From: a virus
Lineage: Duplodnaviria > Caudoviricetes
Virus record (IMG/VR): IMGVR_UViG_3300048558_000003
Location: 1-50,873 of that record
Length of the DNA stretch: 50,873 bases
Direction: 5' to 3' (one strand)
Positions 48,101 through 50,873 of this stretch are shown here, in pieces; the first letter of the stretch is position 1, and every line of letters starts with the position of its first letter. The notes under the pieces were generated by a model, which was not told the origin of the DNA, did not search any database, and worked only from the letters and a program-made list of their open reading frames with translations. The position numbers and the translations under genes were made by a program.

Positions 48101-48118
48101 TTGAAGGATAACCAATAA
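42194..48118 (+). CDS. Giant internal virion (ejection) protein, 1974 aa
   Basis: Size and position among the ejection proteins. Confidence 0.8.
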   Translation: MDTITQDNEPVSLQEAPPPVTVTFGDEAVPAINISDPSAQSPDDNVPVISIRNLNEAPALTANGIQQKAKTLHYALQDKSPGVANLESAVQSNKENEIRVSMAFAEKYKQQQIAEGIIREVIRTRQGEGLTPDDETQIKTLVQSAGQVDPETVVEKVWGSNYVRELMGSPSKLVAAGMAAGPVPAAVSAGTASKVVSTQQVALALKQKLDKKWEDTPILGSTQDGPDKLTAWIRPIILPGSDLYLLHNVIEEAKPFLRSFLPGSNLKEIRDYLYLIGPERAKPLMEKATDYLWSVSPSAARKFVDAVVHYPSDGAVVDNMFGVVEVGTAIPGSWLARGLRGEAATARKIIDTSVPVKLSKEFVESNVNTLFTHQQKEDLFKYGKITVRGPGGRYAPSKGSVYELEKAAGAFPEDGSYLPSGLTEGRSVGFPEASRGIPEGTVSGFKTSKGSTYEIGEGGVTTRNKAPRNEPGHEGDAGLKETSVRTIYVDKDNLGRFAVPDGANFRVFENKDGTVGVAIKPKDGKMGPTPSSKSIPVSTEPKEGLHPIELWGRKKEFGTVTYNNMHPGSEITELTRKGGYKPSYGYNLNVQFDTEAFKESTAKVAKARENLANAKQGLNEADEAGMAKAQDKIYKAQKEYDEALAARDSVSVYRFDPAVNRATQGLKSYLSAGVQALKTAPTGNGTEIVNDIQATLTTLGRAEEGIRAGAMRRTAEMLNKSPSPDPAQAINSLSKDLPSYTRPNNIDEPNPSALTREGSLRMSEELQYNEDLLNKTLGGVRVQRLTEEDLAKAYNQTKAKVVSKYAGDFHNSVLDQEMIYNAEQNVYYVKTKLGKTDATGFADEFSARNTLAMQYGIPMKDFAIIQQGDSFYGFILTPLDETGTIASTLIPTNNLTPSFMGESNFFKNFRSAADETSPLQMQARYVASHAPQRVNKVVQDIANSVNLTGTENKHLNMMLKQSELDFDAAGNKGVWWTPAKLELEYAKRFGNLPSAELIKGYYTFKQLMDFDYAIRSNYVYSYWTRWGAENFSFKWAEGQSNSFMGKVVDKIDFSKQRDRGMLFIDEQGKPHYKWTNSQYRIDEDGFRTKVDTLVKENGYQIIELAQPLRHPLKDLKGGDIYYVVTRNAERTQLNPGDMLPYRGGPHVVYTHPHFVGQMKLSKDAKGQLTYNGDTTFRGGFVTEEAAKAWAIKYDTARKIMNTGDDAALADFLRNNLPEDVDSFKKLFTGEDGLNQDLPIAYHGNGKNILDRNEGLSSGDYNGVNYNYGDYKDYFNDHSNPEQGLNAAFLQDRANQSVMVPKDMGVNVPQRFVLETAATLDPYISMQRGIGQAIRLRYMEDYKVLAAESYIKEFKDHIHNASPEALQRNPIHYLYEGQISTGTPHEVAGRMKAYQANVKSFIGMQSEIGQDIAHYEAKAVEFLTRRFGENRVASFMEKPFVSEYLLPIIKDPAAYARAAAFKLRLGLFNPVQYFQQGQAAVAVLAISPRAGMEGIKIASYIHTGGKWALDDPAKFDHYVNMITKSSKWTRDEARDALQAYKDSGYGIVGSEASLKKNMFADPKLFQTQAGKWLDKGDLFFNAGEGFTRDTAFFTSYREWLTNNVGQKPNQYDLGEIMRRASDMNFNMTRAANSAMQSNSYASIPLQFQTFRFRQMELMLGGLWGGLTGKPGRITGKEAARLWATYSVLYGIPTGTSAWAGYNFYEDIRVKAKEYGFNFDDNKFAKAMNEGIIAFSAYLATGKNLSVASSWGPGASTLPKDVWDSWHDKEGAKTWAELITGPSGSSIKAIYESMKPVARWGIGKITGEEYPLMPEDYSRFTSIAATTDNVRKAWQAYNLQKEFTKNGTLVGSATTWDGILKAVFGLNNQDYQDALFKIKSDKVIRGYQEDAKKEMRPLYQKAKEALAANETARAKEYMDQARVIKQKNDISDADAAQLYLEQGTQGLNDTVNSLLYRAPKASERERNYNRLLKDNQ
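43400..43500. repeat. ~100-bp dispersed element, copy 3 (inside CDS)
   Basis: AGAAGGCCGCTGGTGCGTTT..GCTACCTACCTAGC..CAGTGGGCTTCCCT, same spacing as copy 1. Confidence 0.65.
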
Positions 48119-50649
48119 TGCCATTCGCTGATCCCGCAGGTGGATTCTTCTCCCCTAATATGCCTTCAGGAGGTCCTGTAGACATCCCCCGCCTACCTCT
48201 ACAACCTCTACCAGATACTCAGAACATTGGCTCTCCACGTTCTCAACCCTTTGAGCTTGTAAGGCCAGTCAGCTATGAAGCTGATAAAACAGCTGGAATA
48301 GCTCTCAGAGGTACTGCAGAGGCTCTAGGCAATGCTGTCGAAGGTATTGATAATGCTGTTAAGATTAGTGCTGTAAATGAAGTCCGTAAGGAACTTGGAG
48401 CACTCTTCAACAAGCAGATACAGGCAGGTCTGGAAGAGAAGCAAGAACTTCTATCTGAACGTACAGACAATCAAGACAGACTTGCTAATACTCCAGTAGG
48501 ATTATCCCAAGGTCTAGGCCGTCTATCTGCACTGGAGAAAGCAGCTAGAAGCGGTCCTATTTCCGATAGTGGACTACAAGCCAGAGCTAGTGAAATCATA
48601 GCCGGACTTAAGACACGCTATCCCGGATATGGACACGTCATTGAAGACGCTGGTGAACGTCTGTTCGGTGTATCCGCTGAGAAGCAAAGGTCTGCTGTCC
48701 AAAAGGATATTGATGCTATTCGTAAAGCTCAGGTAGATAGGATTGATCAGAGGGAGAAATTCCTTCTCTCCAACATCAACGATCTCCCCAGTGACTGGAG
48801 AGACAGATCGTATCTTGAGAATGAAAAGATCATTCACTCTAAGCAGGTTGCAAGACAGAAGTATAAAGATGATGAGCTGAAGATTAAAGCTGAGGCAGAA
48901 GCTGGAATACTTCCTTGGCAGAAAGCTGGTAACAGTCTCTCTTGGCAAGGAACTCTTAAAAGCTCTGAGATGATTAATGAAGTGACCAGAGCTTTAGAGA
49001 AAAAGGGTTATAAGCTAGAAGATATTACAGCCGGTCGAATTGATCCTACTGAGCTACAATTTGTAGTTACTTCTTTAGGCTCTATGAATGATGCCTATAA
49101 ACGGCATATGAGTTTAGCTGCTACTACTCAAAGTTTTGATTCTACTAATCCCGGACTAACTCCCTACAACATTATGCGTAATGCTAATAAAGGGGATGAA
49201 GTAGATAAGATTATTCAACAGTCCAATAACATTGAACGTCTGTTAACGGCTATTACCAACAAAGAGTGGGGAGCTGTTGGTTCTATTGCCAGAGAATTAA
49301 AGTCAATAGAAACAGCTAGAGAAGCTGAGATTATGAAAAATAATCCAGAAATTCTAGATCACTCTATTCTTAATCAAAGGTTAGGACCTACTTATGCAGC
49401 AGTAGCTTCAGTAAATACTAAATTACAAGGTTCTATTGCTAATGCTGTAAGTCAATTAGGTAAAAGACGTATGCTTTCCACTGGATTTTTCAGTGATAAA
49501 CTACGATCTATCCAAGAACAGCATAAAAATGAATATGGTATGGACCTTTCTTCTGGGGCTGTGAATGAATATATCAGCGATGCTACGACCGTTCTAGCTG
49601 CTCAAGATATTCCAGATAAACAGTATCATGCCCAATTCTTTAAGAGTGTGTATTTAGACCCTAATAATACTTATTTACTAACTGGTATTGCTAAATCAGG
49701 TGGTGGTATTAATGATGCCATAAGTGTTTATAATAGGTTTATCTCTCCTGAAATTACTCAGAACGTAATTAAACGTATGCCTGAGGATATTAAGCAGGGG
49801 TATACTGCATGGGCAGAAAATAACTTCGCTAAACTAGCTCCTAGACTTGGTGAGGATATTAATTCTATGGTCACTAAGAACCCTTATTATAATGTAGTTT
49901 ATGATGAAGCTACCAGTAAGTTTGTTACTGTAGCTACTCAAGCGGGTAAGGATAGACCTGATCTATACGCCCAAGCTATAGGGATGCATGGTAAAGCAGT
50001 ACCTAGTAACTTAGATAAGCTTAATACCTCTCTAGGGCTCTTAAAACCGATTATAGAGGCATCTGGCAGAGACTTTAACGAATACGTTAAGACTCTACCG
50101 TATCTACAACCTTCTGATATGAAGAAGGAAGATAGTTTCCTCAATAAAAGACAGCAGCACCTAGACCGTAAAGGATACGGGAAGACGGCTAGTGATGTTG
50201 AAGTAGCTCCTGTTCTGAACCTAATTAGGAGAGGAGAGGCTTCTGGTGGCTATGATATTATGTTCGGAGATAGTAACTTCAAAGCTACTAGTATGACTGT
50301 AGGTGAAGTTCTATCTGAACAGCAGAAGAGAATAGCTGGTGGAGCTAAGTCTGTAGCTGTAGGTGGGTATCAGTTCATTAATGAAACTCTAAAAGGTCTT
50401 GTTAAAGACATGAAGATAGACATGAATGAACAGTTCAGCCCTCAACTACAAGACAGACTAGCCACTGAACTACTCAATCGCAGAGGCTACCAAGATTATA
50501 AAGCAGGAAAGCTCCCTAAGTCAAAGCTGATTGACAACTTATCTAAGGAATGGGCAGCTCTACCTAATATGTCTGGTAAGGGAAGTTACGATGGAGATGG
50601 TCTAAACAAGGCTAATGTCACCTTAGCAGAGCTAATAGACATACTATAG
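48118..50649 (+). CDS. Internal virion protein with C-terminal lambda-lysozyme-like (GH104-type) muralytic domain
   Basis: LIRRGEASGGYD..AVGGYQF..TL..FSPQLQD..LSKEWAALP. Confidence 0.85.
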   Translation: MPFADPAGGFFSPNMPSGGPVDIPRLPLQPLPDTQNIGSPRSQPFELVRPVSYEADKTAGIALRGTAEALGNAVEGIDNAVKISAVNEVRKELGALFNKQIQAGLEEKQELLSERTDNQDRLANTPVGLSQGLGRLSALEKAARSGPISDSGLQARASEIIAGLKTRYPGYGHVIEDAGERLFGVSAEKQRSAVQKDIDAIRKAQVDRIDQREKFLLSNINDLPSDWRDRSYLENEKIIHSKQVARQKYKDDELKIKAEAEAGILPWQKAGNSLSWQGTLKSSEMINEVTRALEKKGYKLEDITAGRIDPTELQFVVTSLGSMNDAYKRHMSLAATTQSFDSTNPGLTPYNIMRNANKGDEVDKIIQQSNNIERLLTAITNKEWGAVGSIARELKSIETAREAEIMKNNPEILDHSILNQRLGPTYAAVASVNTKLQGSIANAVSQLGKRRMLSTGFFSDKLRSIQEQHKNEYGMDLSSGAVNEYISDATTVLAAQDIPDKQYHAQFFKSVYLDPNNTYLLTGIAKSGGGINDAISVYNRFISPEITQNVIKRMPEDIKQGYTAWAENNFAKLAPRLGEDINSMVTKNPYYNVVYDEATSKFVTVATQAGKDRPDLYAQAIGMHGKAVPSNLDKLNTSLGLLKPIIEASGRDFNEYVKTLPYLQPSDMKKEDSFLNKRQQHLDRKGYGKTASDVEVAPVLNLIRRGEASGGYDIMFGDSNFKATSMTVGEVLSEQQKRIAGGAKSVAVGGYQFINETLKGLVKDMKIDMNEQFSPQLQDRLATELLNRRGYQDYKAGKLPKSKLIDNLSKEWAALPNMSGKGSYDGDGLNKANVTLAELIDIL

Positions 50650-50761
50650 TATATAAGATTAAACACATACATAGAATAACTCTTATATCCTAACGATAAG
50701 CTAACGTCTATTATGTGTTATCACTCTTATAATACACCATAACCAACACAAACTACCATAT

Positions 50762-50824
50762 GACCCTCTTATATATGTATACTATAGTAACCATGGTTAC
50801 TATGTAATACATGGTAAGAGGGTC
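50762..50824. repeat. Long imperfect palindrome (cruciform) with a perfect 20-bp core
   Basis: GACCCTCTTA/TAAGAGGGTC arms; core ATAGTAACCATGGTTACTAT at 50784-50803. Confidence 0.85.
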
Positions 50825-50873
50825 GTCTCTGTTAAGGAGACAGGAGAAGGAGTCTCTGTAAGGAGACATAGAG

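Noticed and set aside
42194-48118. Giant protein as a virion RNA polymerase
   Set aside because: No DxDGD or T7/N4-type polymerase motifs seen by eye; a structure search is needed to exclude it fully
448-50144. Numerous minus-strand ORFs in the track
   Set aside because: Antisense shadows of + strand genes with no recognisable motifs

Overview
Near-complete (~51 kb) genome of a lytic short-tailed (podovirus-type) dsDNA phage, with essentially all genes on the + strand. Order: (1) a ~2.1 kb cassette bracketed by perfect 121-bp inverted repeats, holding a promoter, a boxA site, a long structured leader, one 384-aa orphan ORF and a terminator; (2) a repeat-rich non-coding control region; (3) early genes, including an NYN RNase and degenerate GATase-II-like and GGCT-like proteins; (4) a T7-like replication module (primase-helicase, UDG, family A polymerase, SSB, PD-(D/E)XK nuclease, endonuclease I) with no recognisable phage RNA polymerase but several host sigma70-type promoters; (5) lysis genes between TerS and TerL; (6) portal, scaffold, capsid, fibres, tail tubes and three internal virion proteins. 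The top novelty candidate is a ~1.3 kb ORF-poor region (16400-17700) after ssb that folds by eye into a series of nested long-range helices plus many tetraloop hairpins, i.e. a giant structured RNA that I cannot assign to a known class. Other candidates are the IR-flanked (possibly invertible) cassette with an SD-sequestering RNA switch, three copies of a ~100-bp element resembling a strong gyrase site, and a dual-coded basic/acidic micro-ORF pair. All calls were made by eye without searches. An alphaproteobacterial host is only a weak inference.
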